Assembly: GCA_963738465.1 (NCBI GenBank)
Contig: CAVTWP010000009.1
Coordinates: 117,002-181,001 of the forward strand
Direction of reading: 5' to 3'
DNA length: 64,000 nucleotides
Origin: Vulcanimicrobiota bacterium
GTDB taxonomy: Bacteria; Vulcanimicrobiota; Vulcanimicrobiia; Vulcanimicrobiales; Vulcanimicrobiaceae
Of this stretch, positions 19,770-31,570 are shown in pieces. The notes under the pieces were generated by a model. That model was not told where the DNA came from and ran no database searches. It saw only the letters and a program-made list of their open reading frames with translations. The position numbers were made by a program, and so were the translations under genes. Position 1 is the first letter of the stretch. Each line of letters opens with the position of its first letter.

Positions 19770-20978
19770 TGGGTGTGGGTGAAGTTGCCCAGCGCGACGC
19801 CGAGGCGTTCGATGCGGCGCAGCGCCTCGCGCATCCCCAGCGGCTCGGTGGGACGGCCGACCTGCGCGAAGTATCGTTCCGGATCGATGTTGAGCGTGCG
19901 CGTCTGCACCATGGCGACCGGATGCGCGCCCAGAAAACGCTCCATCGCCTCGACCTCGGCGCGGTCGTCGGTGACGCCCGGGTGTGTCAGGTAGTTCAGC
20001 GAGACTCGCAGACCGCGCTCGACGGCCAGCGCGACCGATTCGAGCACGTCGGCCAGCTCGTAGCCGACCGGACGGTAGTACGCGGCATAGACGGGATCGC
20101 GAAACGAGTTGAGGCTGACGCGCACCGCCTGCAAGCCCAGCGTCGATCAACCGCCGCAAACTTTTCGGCAGCGACCCGTTGGTGTTCAGGTTGATCGTGC
20201 CGTTGCCGCGCGCTGCGCGGATCGCCGCGATCGCGCGCTCGATCGTCGTGACGCGCAGCAGCGGCTCGCCTTCGCAGCCTTGTCCGAACGAGACGATCCC
20301 GTCGGGCACGCGCTCGAGGTGATGCAGCGCGATTCGCGCCAGGTCGTCCGGGTCGGCCTCGAAAGCCACGCGCATCTGCGGCGAAGGCAGACCGGCGTCA
20401 GGCGGCAGCTCGGAGATGCAGCCGACGCAGCCCGCGTTGCAGGTCGGCGACACGGGCAGCGCCGCTTCGCCGCGCTCCAGAAACACGTTCTGCGCGGTGA
20501 AGCAGCCGTAGTCGCGCGAGCACACCGCCAGTTGCGCGAGCGTGCGGTTGCGCGGATCTCCGGCCTGCCGCGCGCGGAGCAGCGCCTCGAGCTCGCCCTC
20601 GTCGAAGTAGCGCGGCGCCCAGTCTTCGCTTTCGTCGGTTCGCATCGCCGCGACGTGCAACGCGTCGTCGATCACACCGGCGAACGTGTACCCGAACAGC
20701 GGCAGCGCGGGCGCGTCGGCGCTGCGCCGATAGGCGGGCAGCAGCAGCCGCGTATAGCCGGCGGGCAGCAGCGCGGCGAGCGCCGTGCGCCGCCGCGCGA
20801 CGGTTCCGCCGGCCAGCAGCGGCGCGCGGCCCGGCAGCATCGCGGTGACCGTACCGGGCGGCGCGGGGATCAGCTCGTCGCGGCGCGGCGGCCGTTCGAG
20901 CCCGCCGTCGGCGAGCGGCGACCGGTTCTCGTCGAAATAGATGCGGCCGCGCGCGTCGGCGTACGCGAGGCCGGTCAC
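19766..20978 (-). CDS. Uncharacterised radical SAM protein, with a 1-nt frameshift near 20137
   Basis: CNAGCVGC (CxxxCxxC), SFGQGCEGEP, NTNGS; C-terminal part in ORF 19766-20134. Confidence 0.88.
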
Positions 20979-21748
20979 GCCAGGACCCGTTCGAACTCCC
21001 GCACCGCGTCGCCGGTCAGCGTCGCGCGCTCGCCGGCTGTCCAGCCGACGTCGAGGACACCGCCGGGCACCTGCAACCTCACCGGCGACGCGGCTTCGCC
21101 GGCCGCGATCAGTACCGCGGCCACGGCAACCGCGCCGGTACCGCAGGCTTGCGTCGCGCCGGCGCCGCGTTCCCAGTGGCGCACCCGCCACTCTTTGCCG
21201 GCGTTCGAGACGAAGTGCACGTTGGTGCCGTGCGGGTACCGCACGTCGCGTTCGATCCGCGCTCCCGTCGCCGGGAGGTCGATCGCCGCGACGTCATCGA
21301 CGCGGATCACCACGTGCGGGTTGCCGAGATCGACCGGAACGGCGCGGAAGCCTTCGACGAGGTGGGGCGCCCCGATTCGCGGTTCGCCCATCTCGACGGC
21401 GACGCGGTACGGCGCGCGCGAGACGATGCGGGTCTGAATCGGTCCGGCCGGCGTTTCGACGGTGACCGCGGAACGGCCGTCGCGTTCGTCAAGGTAACGC
21501 GCCACGCAGCGCATCCCGTTTCCGCACATCTCGGCTTCGCTGCCGTCGGCGTTGAAGATGCGCAGCTTGGCGTCGAAGCGGCCGGACGACTCGACGAACA
21601 GAACGCCGTCGGCTCCGACGCCGGTCGCGCGGTCGCAGATGCGGCGCGCGAACGCGGCCCGGTCGTCGAGCGGAGCGGCCCGTTCGTCGACGAGCACGAA
21701 ATCGTTGCCGGTCCCGTTCGTCTTGACGATCGGGATGCCCGCGGTCAC
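20975..21748 (-). CDS. dapF: Diaminopimelate epimerase
   Basis: GTGNDF, GVGADG, NADGSEAEMCGNG, GNPH and ERGAG.T.ACGTG. Confidence 0.96.
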   Translation of the reverse strand: MTAGIPIVKTNGTGNDFVLVDERAAPLDDRAAFARRICDRATGVGADGVLFVESSGRFDAKLRIFNADGSEAEMCGNGMRCVARYLDERDGRSAVTVETPAGPIQTRIVSRAPYRVAVEMGEPRIGAPHLVEGFRAVPVDLGNPHVVIRVDDVAAIDLPATGARIERDVRYPHGTNVHFVSNAGKEWRVRHWERGAGATQACGTGAVAVAAVLIAAGEAASPVRLQVPGGVLDVGWTAGERATLTGDAVREFERVLA

Positions 21749-22002
21749 GACGCGGTGACCTCGGTTTGGTCGGGGATCAGCGGTGCCGCGACGGCGCCGG
21801 TGGGCGAGATCGTCGAGACCGCGTGCTTGTAGATCAAATGGGCCTTCTTCTCGTACTCGAGCACGATCGTGAACGGATCGAATCCCTTCACGACGCCGCG
21901 CAACTGGAACCCGTTGACGAGATAGATGGTTACCGGGACGGCTTGGCGCTTCACCTCCGCCAGGTAGGCATCTTGGAGCGGCTGGGGACGCGTCGGTGCC
22001 AT
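21745..22002 (-). CDS. hfq: RNA chaperone Hfq
   Basis: LQDAYL...VTIYLVNGFQLRG...FD.F...IYKHAVST. Confidence 0.97.
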   Translation of the reverse strand: MAPTRPQPLQDAYLAEVKRQAVPVTIYLVNGFQLRGVVKGFDPFTIVLEYEKKAHLIYKHAVSTISPTGAVAAPLIPDQTEVTAS

Positions 22003-22012
22003 GGCGTTAGCT

Positions 22013-22923
22013 TTATTCCCAGCCGCGCAGCGCTCCCGCCACCGCGACCGCATGCTCGAGCGCGCCTTCGAACGGGATGCGCACGAGATTCCGCTCGGTC
22101 CGAAACCAAGTGGCTTGCCGCTTCGCGTAGCGGCGGGTGTTCCGAATCAACTGCGCGCGCAGCTCGTCGCGGTTCGACCAGCCGTCCAGAAAGGCCAGCG
22201 CCTCGCGGTAGCCGACCGCGTCGGCCGCGACGGCGGCGGCGCCGATGCGCTGGGCCTCGTCGAGCAAGCCGGCGGCCAGCATCGCGTCGACGCGGGCCGT
22301 GATGTTCCGCTCCAACGCATCCGGCGCGATCTCGAGGTAGAGCTTGCGCGCGGCGATGCCGCGCGTGCGCAGATGTTCCGCGCCGGGCAGATCGGAACGG
22401 CGCGCGCCCGTCCGTTCCGCCAGCGCGACCTCCAGCGCGCGCGTCACGCGGTACGGATCGCCGGGCGCGATCGCGTTCGCGCGCGCCGGTGCGACCGCGC
22501 GCAGCCAGGCGGCGAGCACCTCCGGCGGGTGGACGCGTGCTTCGTGCGCCAACCGGTCGCGCAGTCCCGCATCGTACGCGGGAGACAAGTCGACGTCGCC
22601 GGCCAGCGCCCGCAGGTAGAAGCCGGTGCCGCCCGCGACGATCGCGCGCTTGCCGCGGGCATGGATGTCGTCGATCGCCGCCAGCGCGTCGGCGACGAAG
22701 CGCGCCGCGCTGTAGCGCTCGTGCGGATCGAGGAACGCCACGAGGTGGTGCGGCACGCGCGCGCGATCCGCGTCGCTCGGCGCGGCGGTTCCGACCGGCA
22801 TTCCGCGATAGATCTGGCGCGAGTCCGCGCCCACGACCTCGGCGTCGAACCGCTGCGCCAGCTCGAGGGCCAGCGCGCTCTTGCCCGACGCGGTCGGTCC
22901 GGTCAGGATCAGAACGTCCGGCG

Positions 22924-22927
<4 letters not shown>
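22013..22927 (-). CDS. miaA: tRNA dimethylallyltransferase
   Basis: GPTASGKS, DSRQIYRGM, GGTGFY and YAKRQ.TWF. Confidence 0.97.
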
Positions 22928-24594
<1,667 letters not shown>

Positions 24595-24640
24595 GCGGCG
24601 CAGCGCTCCATGAAAGCGCCGTTCGACGCCGGCCGGAGCG

Positions 24641-24754
24641 CTACCGCGTGGCGCGCGGCGGCAGGATCCCGGTTCTGCCCATCCGATGGTACCCGGCGAC
24701 GATGATTCGCCGAATCTCGGCTTCCGGCTGAGCGATTGCCGGCATGTCACTCAT
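24641..24754 (-). pseudogene. Truncated N-terminal remnant of a second Uma2 gene (37 aa)
   Basis: MSDMPAIAQPEAEIRRIIVAGYHRMGRTGILPP aligns with the N-terminus of 24930-25520; upstream DNA is also duplicated. Confidence 0.75.
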
Positions 24755-24929
24755 CGCAGCATGACGGTTCGCCGTTGCCGGGGCGTCGCCTACCTCTTAC
24801 GATTTCGACGCGCGTGCTGCTGCTTCGAGCGGTAGACGCCGCAGCGCAAGGAACGCCCCATCAGTGGAGCGCATCGTAACTCGCGGCTCGTTCCCTCAGC
24901 GACGGCGATCGAAGCGACGTTCGACCGCG

Positions 24930-25520
24930 TCAGGGGGGTGGGGCAAGAACGTCCGCGACTGAGATCTGTACGTCGGGGAACTCCAGCGGCGCCACCGACT
25001 CGCCGCGTTTAAAGGCGAGATGGATCGAATAACGCTCGCCCTGCGGTTTCCGGTAGACGTCGATACGATTGTGGACGAGATCGACGATCCAGTACTCACG
25101 GACGTTGCGACGGGCATAGGCGTGCAACTTCTGGCCGGCATCGTATGACAGCGAGGACTGCGCGACCTCGACCACGAGCAGCGACTCCTCGGGCGTCGGA
25201 TGCGCGACCGCGTACCGCCCTTCAGGCAGCGCGTTCAACATCACGTCCGGCTGCGGTTGCGACCAGCGGTCCAGCGTCACCGGTCCTTGGACGCTCACGG
25301 ATGCCAAGCCGGCGAAGCGGCTCTGAAACAGGGCGTCGAGCCGGCGAACGCTGTAGGCGTGTTGCGGTCCGATGGGGGGCATCGAGATCAGCTCGCCGTC
25401 GAGCAGCTCAATGCGCTCGTCGGGCCCGATGATACCGGCTTTGCCCATTTGCTGGTACTCGTCGACCGTGATCGGCCGAATCGAAGGCCTGCCTTGCGCT
25501 GTAGTCGGCATATCACTCAT
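24930..25520 (-). CDS. Uma2 (DUF820) family endonuclease-fold protein
   Basis: ELLDGE, PQPD, LVVEVA.SS, K...YA, EYWIVD. Confidence 0.92.
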   Translation of the reverse strand: MSDMPTTAQGRPSIRPITVDEYQQMGKAGIIGPDERIELLDGELISMPPIGPQHAYSVRRLDALFQSRFAGLASVSVQGPVTLDRWSQPQPDVMLNALPEGRYAVAHPTPEESLLVVEVAQSSLSYDAGQKLHAYARRNVREYWIVDLVHNRIDVYRKPQGERYSIHLAFKRGESVAPLEFPDVQISVADVLAPPP

Positions 25521-25562
25521 CCCAGAATGACGGTTCGCGGTTGTCGGATCGTTGCCTACGCC

Positions 25563-26717
25563 TTACACCTTCGCCTTCGGCAGCGGCTTTCCGTCGATCT
25601 CCGCAACGACGCGTGCAATGCGCTCCTCGGTCAGCGCGGCTTTCCCGGCGGCGCCGTCGTTCGCGCCGGGCAGCTCGACCCGCAGTTTGGGCATTGCCTG
25701 CGGCTGGTGGTCACGGATGTACGCCACGATCTCCTCGCGCACGAAGCAACGCAGGTCGAAGAGGTCGCCCGAGTTACGCGCGGTCACCAGCGCGCGAATC
25801 TGGACCGCGCGTTCGGTGACGTCGGTGACTTGCAGGTTCTGGAACTGCTTGTCCCACAACGGGCTGCGCGCGACGATGTTCGCGACCTCGGCGCGCAGCG
25901 CCGCGACGTCGAGCATCCAATCGGCGAACAGGTAGACTTCGCCCATCAGGTTGGCCGTGCGCCGCGTCCAGTTCTCGAACGGCGTGCTGATGAAGTACGT
26001 CAGCGGCACGACGAGCCGGCGCAGATCCCACAACCGCACGACCACGTACGTGCTGTGGATCTCCTCGATGCGACCGTATTGCGCTTCGACGATCACCACG
26101 TCGTCGAGCCGGATCGGCTGGGTGAGAGCGAGCTGGATTCCCGCGACCAGGTTCTCGAACAGCGGGCGCGCCGCGAGTCCGGCGACGATGCCGGCCAGGC
26201 CGGCCGAGGCGAGCAGCGTCGTCCCGATCGTGCGCACCTCGGGGAAGGTCATCAATTCCATGCCGACGGCGACCACGATCACGACGATTACCGCGGCGCG
26301 GGTGAGGATATCGACGCGTGTTCCGAGCTGGCGCGCCAGCAGGTTGTCCTCGACGTCGACACGGTGACGCGCTACGACCACATCGGACCACAGTTGGATC
26401 GTGGTGATGATGGTCCAGGCGATGGCGCCGATCGTCGCCAGGCCCGTCACTCGCAGCACCGGCGTCGCCCAGTTGTCCGGCAGCGTGAGGTTGGGAACGG
26501 TCGCCAGGATCACCAGCAGCGGGAAGATGTAGGCTGCCGTACGGCAGGTGCGCCGGATCACGGCTGCGGCAAAGGCGCTGTGACGGCGCTCCGCCATGCG
26601 CTCCAGCGCCCAATACAACACGCGGTGAACGACGAGTCCCGCCAGCACCGCGATCAAGATCGAAACGCCGAGCACGAGGCCGTCGAATTGCGGGTGCGTC
26701 AACGCGAGATGAGGCAT
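25563..26717 (-). CDS. MscS family mechanosensitive channel
   Basis: LLASAG..G...GLAA, P.R..D.V and WD.RRL.VP motifs. Confidence 0.9.
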   Translation of the reverse strand: MPHLALTHPQFDGLVLGVSILIAVLAGLVVHRVLYWALERMAERRHSAFAAAVIRRTCRTAAYIFPLLVILATVPNLTLPDNWATPVLRVTGLATIGAIAWTIITTIQLWSDVVVARHRVDVEDNLLARQLGTRVDILTRAAVIVVIVVAVGMELMTFPEVRTIGTTLLASAGLAGIVAGLAARPLFENLVAGIQLALTQPIRLDDVVIVEAQYGRIEEIHSTYVVVRLWDLRRLVVPLTYFISTPFENWTRRTANLMGEVYLFADWMLDVAALRAEVANIVARSPLWDKQFQNLQVTDVTERAVQIRALVTARNSGDLFDLRCFVREEIVAYIRDHQPQAMPKLRVELPGANDGAAGKAALTEERIARVVAEIDGKPLPKAKV

Positions 26718-26793
26718 CACCGGGTATCGTACCCGCGAACGAGTACCCGCATCGCATTCATCGCGGTGGAAAGAACTTTCGTGCGGTGCGCGA

Positions 26794-29295
26794 TCAGTTC
26801 GACAATTCGAACAACAGCGGCTGCTCCGCGACGCCGGGTTTCGCCAGCTTGCCCCGCAGTGGAACGGTGACTTCAAGCGTCGGACGGCCTTCGAGCGCGG
26901 CGGCGATCTCTCTCGCGCGCGCGACGACGCCGGGCGGCAGCCCGGCCATCCGCGCCACCTCGATCCCGAACGAGCGCGACGACGAGCCGGGCAGCACACG
27001 GTGCGAAAACACCGGCGCGCCGTTCTTGGTGCTCTCGACCGCGGTAATGTGGAAGTTGGCGACGAGCGGCCAGCGGTCGGCCAGCGCCACGAGCTCGTGG
27101 AAGTGCGTGGCGAACAGCGTCGCCGGGGCGCGCGACTCGCGCTCGAGCAGGTACTCGCAGATCGCCTGCGCGATCGCCAGACCGTCGACCGTTCCGGTGC
27201 CGCGGCCGATCTCGTCGATGAGCAGCAAGCTGCGGTCGGTGGCGCGCCGCAGGATGTTCGACGCCTCGGCCATCTCGACGTAGAACGTCGACTGGCCCGC
27301 GGCGAGATCGTCACCCGCCCCGATGCGGGTGAAGATGCGGTCGACGATGCCCAGTTTCGCCGCCCGCGCCGGAACGAACGAGCCGATCTGCGCGAGCACG
27401 ACCAGCAGCGCCGTTTGCCGCAGATACGTCGACTTGCCGCCCATGTTCGGCCCGGTGAGCAGGATGAAGCGCGAAGCGTCGGCGGCGATTCGCAGGTCGT
27501 TGGGAACGAACGACGACCCGAGCAGCGGCTCCATCACCGGATGGCGGCCGTCGACGATCTCGATGACGCTCTCGTCGACGAACGTCGGCCGCACGTAGCC
27601 GCGCTCGCCCGCGGCCTGCGCCAGCGAGCAGTAGGCGTCGAGCTCGGCCAGCGCATCGGCGGTCACCAGCACGTCGTCGACGCGCTCGGCCACGCGCTCG
27701 ACGAGGCGCTCGAACAGCGCCTGCTCGAGCCGCAGCTGGCGCGCCTGCGCGGATGCGATCGCCACGTCGAGCTCGCGCAGCTCGGGCGTCACGTAGCGCT
27801 CGCCGTTCGCCAGCGTCTGCTTGCGCGTGTAGTCGGGCGGTACGTTCTCGACCTGCGCTTTGGGGACTTCGATCGCATAGCCGAACGCGGACGCGTACTT
27901 CACCTTGAGCGACTTGATCCCGGTGCGCGCGCGCTCGCGGTCCTCCAGAGCGGTGATGCGCGAGCGCGCGTCGCCGCGCAGCGCGACGCACTCGGCCAGC
28001 TCCGGCTCGCGTTCGGGCCGGATCACGCCGCCGTCGGCGAGCGTCGCCGGCGGCTCGTCGACCAGCGTCGCCTCCAGCTCGGCGCGCAGCTCGTCGAAGT
28101 TCCCGACCCGTGCGGCGACCGACAGCATCGCGCCGGGCAGCGCCTCGTCGCGCAGCGCGTCGCCGATCGGATCGAGCAGCGCCAGCGTGCGGCGCAGTGA
28201 GGCCAGATCGCGCGGCAGCGCGCGCCGGAAGCGGACCTTCTGCGCGATGCGCTCGAGATCGAAGCAGCCGTGCAGCACGTCCTGCAGCGCCAGCCGCCGC
28301 GCGGCGTCGCGCACCAGCGCCGCGACGCAGTCGGCGCGCGCGCCGATGGCCGGCGCGCTCACCAGCGGCGCCAGCAGCCACCGCCCGAGCAGCCGCGAGC
28401 CCATCGCGGTGCGCGTGCGGTCGATCGTGGCGAGCAGCGTCGCGCGCGGGTTCGCGCCGAGCGCTTTGGTCAGCTCGAGGTGCTTGCGCGTGTTGGGGTC
28501 GAGCGCGACGAACGTCGCCTGCCGGTAGAACTGCGGTTCGCGCAGCGCGGCCCCGCCGTTCTGCTGCACGCTGACGCGCCGCACGAACGCGCCGAGCGCG
28601 TCGAGCGCGCGGTGCATCGCCGTCGACCCGTCGAACGAGAAGCCGTCGATCGGATCGCGCGCGCGCTCGCCGACCGCCGCCAGCACCGGTGCGGCGATGC
28701 GCGTCTGCGCTTCTTCGAGCGCCGCGGTCAACGCCGCGCGCACGTCGCCCGGTACGTCGGCGACCAGCTCCGCCGGCTCGAGCCGCGCGATCTCGGCCAG
28801 CACGTCTTCGAGCGCGGACTCACCGTCGAACGCGGTCGCGGCGACGTGGCCGGTCGAGATGTCGGCGTGCGCGAGCGCGACGACGTCGTCGAAAGCGGTG
28901 ATCGCGGCGAGATAGTTGTGCGCCGAGCGCTCGAGGATGTGCTCCTCGAGCAGCGTGCCGGGCGTGACGACCCGCACGACGTCGCGCCGCACGAGCTTGT
29001 TGGGCACCGGCGCTTCGAGCTGCTCGGCCAACGCCACGACCCGCCGTTGCGCGATCAGCTTGGAGAGGTATCCGTCGAGCGCGTGGTACGGAACGCCCGC
29101 CATCGCGACGCGGCGGCCGCCGCCGGCTTCCTTCGAAGTGAGCGCGATCGAGAGCGCGCGCGCGATCGTCTCGGCGTCCTCGCCGTAGGCTTCGTAGAAG
29201 TCGCCGACCCGCGAAAGCAGGATCGCCTCGGGATAACGGTGCTTCATCCCGAAGTACTGCTCGAGCATCGGCGACCAGCTCAGGGTCGTCGTCAT
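26794..29295 (-). CDS. mutS: DNA mismatch repair protein MutS
   Basis: GDFYE, TGPNMGGKST, STFYVEM, DEIGRGT, ATHFHEL; clamp-like motif QPLLF at the C-terminus. Confidence 0.98.
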   Translation of the reverse strand: MTTTLSWSPMLEQYFGMKHRYPEAILLSRVGDFYEAYGEDAETIARALSIALTSKEAGGGRRVAMAGVPYHALDGYLSKLIAQRRVVALAEQLEAPVPNKLVRRDVVRVVTPGTLLEEHILERSAHNYLAAITAFDDVVALAHADISTGHVAATAFDGESALEDVLAEIARLEPAELVADVPGDVRAALTAALEEAQTRIAAPVLAAVGERARDPIDGFSFDGSTAMHRALDALGAFVRRVSVQQNGGAALREPQFYRQATFVALDPNTRKHLELTKALGANPRATLLATIDRTRTAMGSRLLGRWLLAPLVSAPAIGARADCVAALVRDAARRLALQDVLHGCFDLERIAQKVRFRRALPRDLASLRRTLALLDPIGDALRDEALPGAMLSVAARVGNFDELRAELEATLVDEPPATLADGGVIRPEREPELAECVALRGDARSRITALEDRERARTGIKSLKVKYASAFGYAIEVPKAQVENVPPDYTRKQTLANGERYVTPELRELDVAIASAQARQLRLEQALFERLVERVAERVDDVLVTADALAELDAYCSLAQAAGERGYVRPTFVDESVIEIVDGRHPVMEPLLGSSFVPNDLRIAADASRFILLTGPNMGGKSTYLRQTALLVVLAQIGSFVPARAAKLGIVDRIFTRIGAGDDLAAGQSTFYVEMAEASNILRRATDRSLLLIDEIGRGTGTVDGLAIAQAICEYLLERESRAPATLFATHFHELVALADRWPLVANFHITAVESTKNGAPVFSHRVLPGSSSRSFGIEVARMAGLPPGVVARAREIAAALEGRPTLEVTVPLRGKLAKPGVAEQPLLFELSN

Positions 29296-29403
29296 CCGAG
29301 CGGTGACCGCATCCGCCGCCGATTCCGTGCGCGCTCGGTGGGCTCCCTGTGGAGAGCGTGTGCATAGCGAGGGCTTTGCGGTGCATGCCGAGCAGGCAGC
29401 AGC

Positions 29404-30270
29404 GTGCGACGCCGCCTGATCGTCACGGTCGACGACTTCGGACTCTCGATCCCGGTCAACGAAGCGATCGAACGCGGTCATCGCGAGGGCATCGTCACCG
29501 CGGCGAGCCTGATGGTTGCGGAGCCGGCCGTCGCCGACGCGGTCGAACGCGCACGTGCCAACCCGTCACTGGCGGTCGGCCTGCACGTGGTCGTCGTCGC
29601 CGGCCGCTCGCTGTTGCAACCCGACCGCATCCCCGATCTGGTGGGACCGGACGGGATGTTCTCCAGTGCGCTGACGCGCGCGGGCGTGAAGTACTTCTTC
29701 AGCCGCCGCGCGCAGCGCCAGCTCGAAGCCGAGATCCGCGCGCAGTTCGCCGCCTTCGCCCGAACCGGGCTGCCGCTCGACCACGTCAACGCGCAATGTC
29801 ACTACCATCTGCATCCGACGGTGCTGGCGGCGATCCTCGACGTGGCGCGCGACTACGGCTCGCCGCCGATACGCATCCCCGCCGAACCGTTCGGACCGTC
29901 GTGGTCGGCGACGCACCGCAACTTCGCCGCGCGCTTCGCCGTCGCGTACGTCTTGGCGCCGTTCCTTGCGCTGATGAAGCGGCGGCTGCGCGCGCGCGGC
30001 TTCGCCTACAACGATCGCGTGTTCGGGTTCGGGGACACCGGCCGCATGACACAGGAGCGCGTGCTCGGGTTCCTCGGGGTGCTCCCGCCGGGTGCGACCG
30101 AGATGTACTTTCACGCCGCGACGCGGCGCTGGCCGGGGATCGCGGCCGACCTGGCGTCGTACCGGCTCGAGGACGAGTTCGCGGCGCTGATCAGCCCGCG
30201 CGTCGCCGACGCCGTGCATGCCGGCGCGATCGAACGGATCGCTTTTCGCGATCTGGCCGATGCGCGCTGA
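29404..30270 (+). CDS. hpnK: Hopanoid biosynthesis-associated protein HpnK (YdjC deacetylase family)
   Basis: DDFG, EIRAQF.AF..TGL.LDHVN, EMYFH; adjacent to hpnI. Confidence 0.85.
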   Translation: MRRRLIVTVDDFGLSIPVNEAIERGHREGIVTAASLMVAEPAVADAVERARANPSLAVGLHVVVVAGRSLLQPDRIPDLVGPDGMFSSALTRAGVKYFFSRRAQRQLEAEIRAQFAAFARTGLPLDHVNAQCHYHLHPTVLAAILDVARDYGSPPIRIPAEPFGPSWSATHRNFAARFAVAYVLAPFLALMKRRLRARGFAYNDRVFGFGDTGRMTQERVLGFLGVLPPGATEMYFHAATRRWPGIAADLASYRLEDEFAALISPRVADAVHAGAIERIAFRDLADAR

Positions 30271-31414
30271 CGCGCGCGACCTGGCGGCCGGAGCTGCGCT
30301 CGGCGCGACGCTTGCGGCGATCGGCTTCACGGCGTTCGCGTTGATCCGGCTGCGCGCGTTCTCGCGCCGCGCACCGGCTCGCTCGCGCGCGCGCCCAGCG
30401 GTCACGATCCTCAAGCCGGTCCACGGGCTTGAACCCGGCCTCGAAGACAACCTCCGTACGTTCTGCACGCAGGACTATCCGCAGTATCAGGTCGTCCTCG
30501 GCGTCCTCGATCCGACCGACGTCGCGCTGCCGGTGCTGCAGCGTTTAGCGGCGACCTGTGGCGAGCACGTCAACCTCGTCGCCGGCGACGGGATCGTTCG
30601 CCACCGCAACCCGAAGATCGCCACCCTCGCGCCGATGTTGCCGCACGCGCGGCACGACATTCTGATCGTGGCTGACAGCGACATGCGGGTCGGCCCCGAC
30701 TACCTCGAGGCGATGGCAGCGGCGTTCGACGACCCGGACGTCGGCGCCGCGACCTGCATCTACCGCGGCGAACCGGCTGACGGCGGACTCGCATCGACGC
30801 TCGGCGCGATGCAGATCACCGAGCAGTTCGCGTCGTCGGTCCTCGTGGCGACGGCGATCGAGCCGATGACGTACTGCTTCGGCGGCACGATGGCGGTCCG
30901 CCGGAGCGTGCTCGACGAGATCGGCGGGCTCGACGCGCTCGGTGCGCAGATCGCCGACGACGCCGCGCTCGGACGACTGGCCGCTGAGCACGGCCATCGC
31001 GTCGCTCTCGCAAAGTACGTCGCCGCGACGGTCGTCGACGAACCCGACTTGCGCGCGCTGATCGCGCACGAGGTTCGGTGGTGCCGCACGATCCGCGCCG
31101 TGCGGCCGCGCAGCTACGCCGGCTTCCTGCTGACGTACCCGGTGCCGCTGGCGATTGCGTTCCTCGCGCTGGCCCGCAAGCGCCGCTTCGGGGCCGGCAT
31201 CTTCGCGCTGGCGATCGCGGTTCGGATCGCGATGCACGTCGCCGCGCATCGCGTGCTCGCCGCGCCGCGCCGACCGCCGCTGGCGCTGATCCCGCTGCGC
31301 GACCTGCTCGGCCTGACGATCTTCGCCCTGGGCGCTTTCGGCAACGACGTCCGCTGGCGCGGCCGCAACCTGCGGATCGACCCCGACGGCGAGATCGAGC
31401 CGGCTCGGACATGA
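30260..31414 (+). CDS. hpnI: Hopanoid glycosyltransferase HpnI (GT21/ceramide glucosyltransferase-like)
   Basis: LKPVHG, FCTQDYP, NPK, DSD, ADD and RW..TIR motifs. Confidence 0.87.
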   Translation: MRADARDLAAGAALGATLAAIGFTAFALIRLRAFSRRAPARSRARPAVTILKPVHGLEPGLEDNLRTFCTQDYPQYQVVLGVLDPTDVALPVLQRLAATCGEHVNLVAGDGIVRHRNPKIATLAPMLPHARHDILIVADSDMRVGPDYLEAMAAAFDDPDVGAATCIYRGEPADGGLASTLGAMQITEQFASSVLVATAIEPMTYCFGGTMAVRRSVLDEIGGLDALGAQIADDAALGRLAAEHGHRVALAKYVAATVVDEPDLRALIAHEVRWCRTIRAVRPRSYAGFLLTYPVPLAIAFLALARKRRFGAGIFALAIAVRIAMHVAAHRVLAAPRRPPLALIPLRDLLGLTIFALGAFGNDVRWRGRNLRIDPDGEIEPART

Positions 31415-31570
31415 CGCCGGCGTTCGGCGCTAGCAGGAACTGCTGAGGACTGGGACTCGGTGAGAAGGTCGTCCCGATTCGAGATCCACGAGCGCGCAAG
31501 GTGCTCTCGTCGTGCATCCCTGCGGGCATTGTTCCGGCGCGAACGGCCGCCGGCGTCACGTGAGCGCTCG

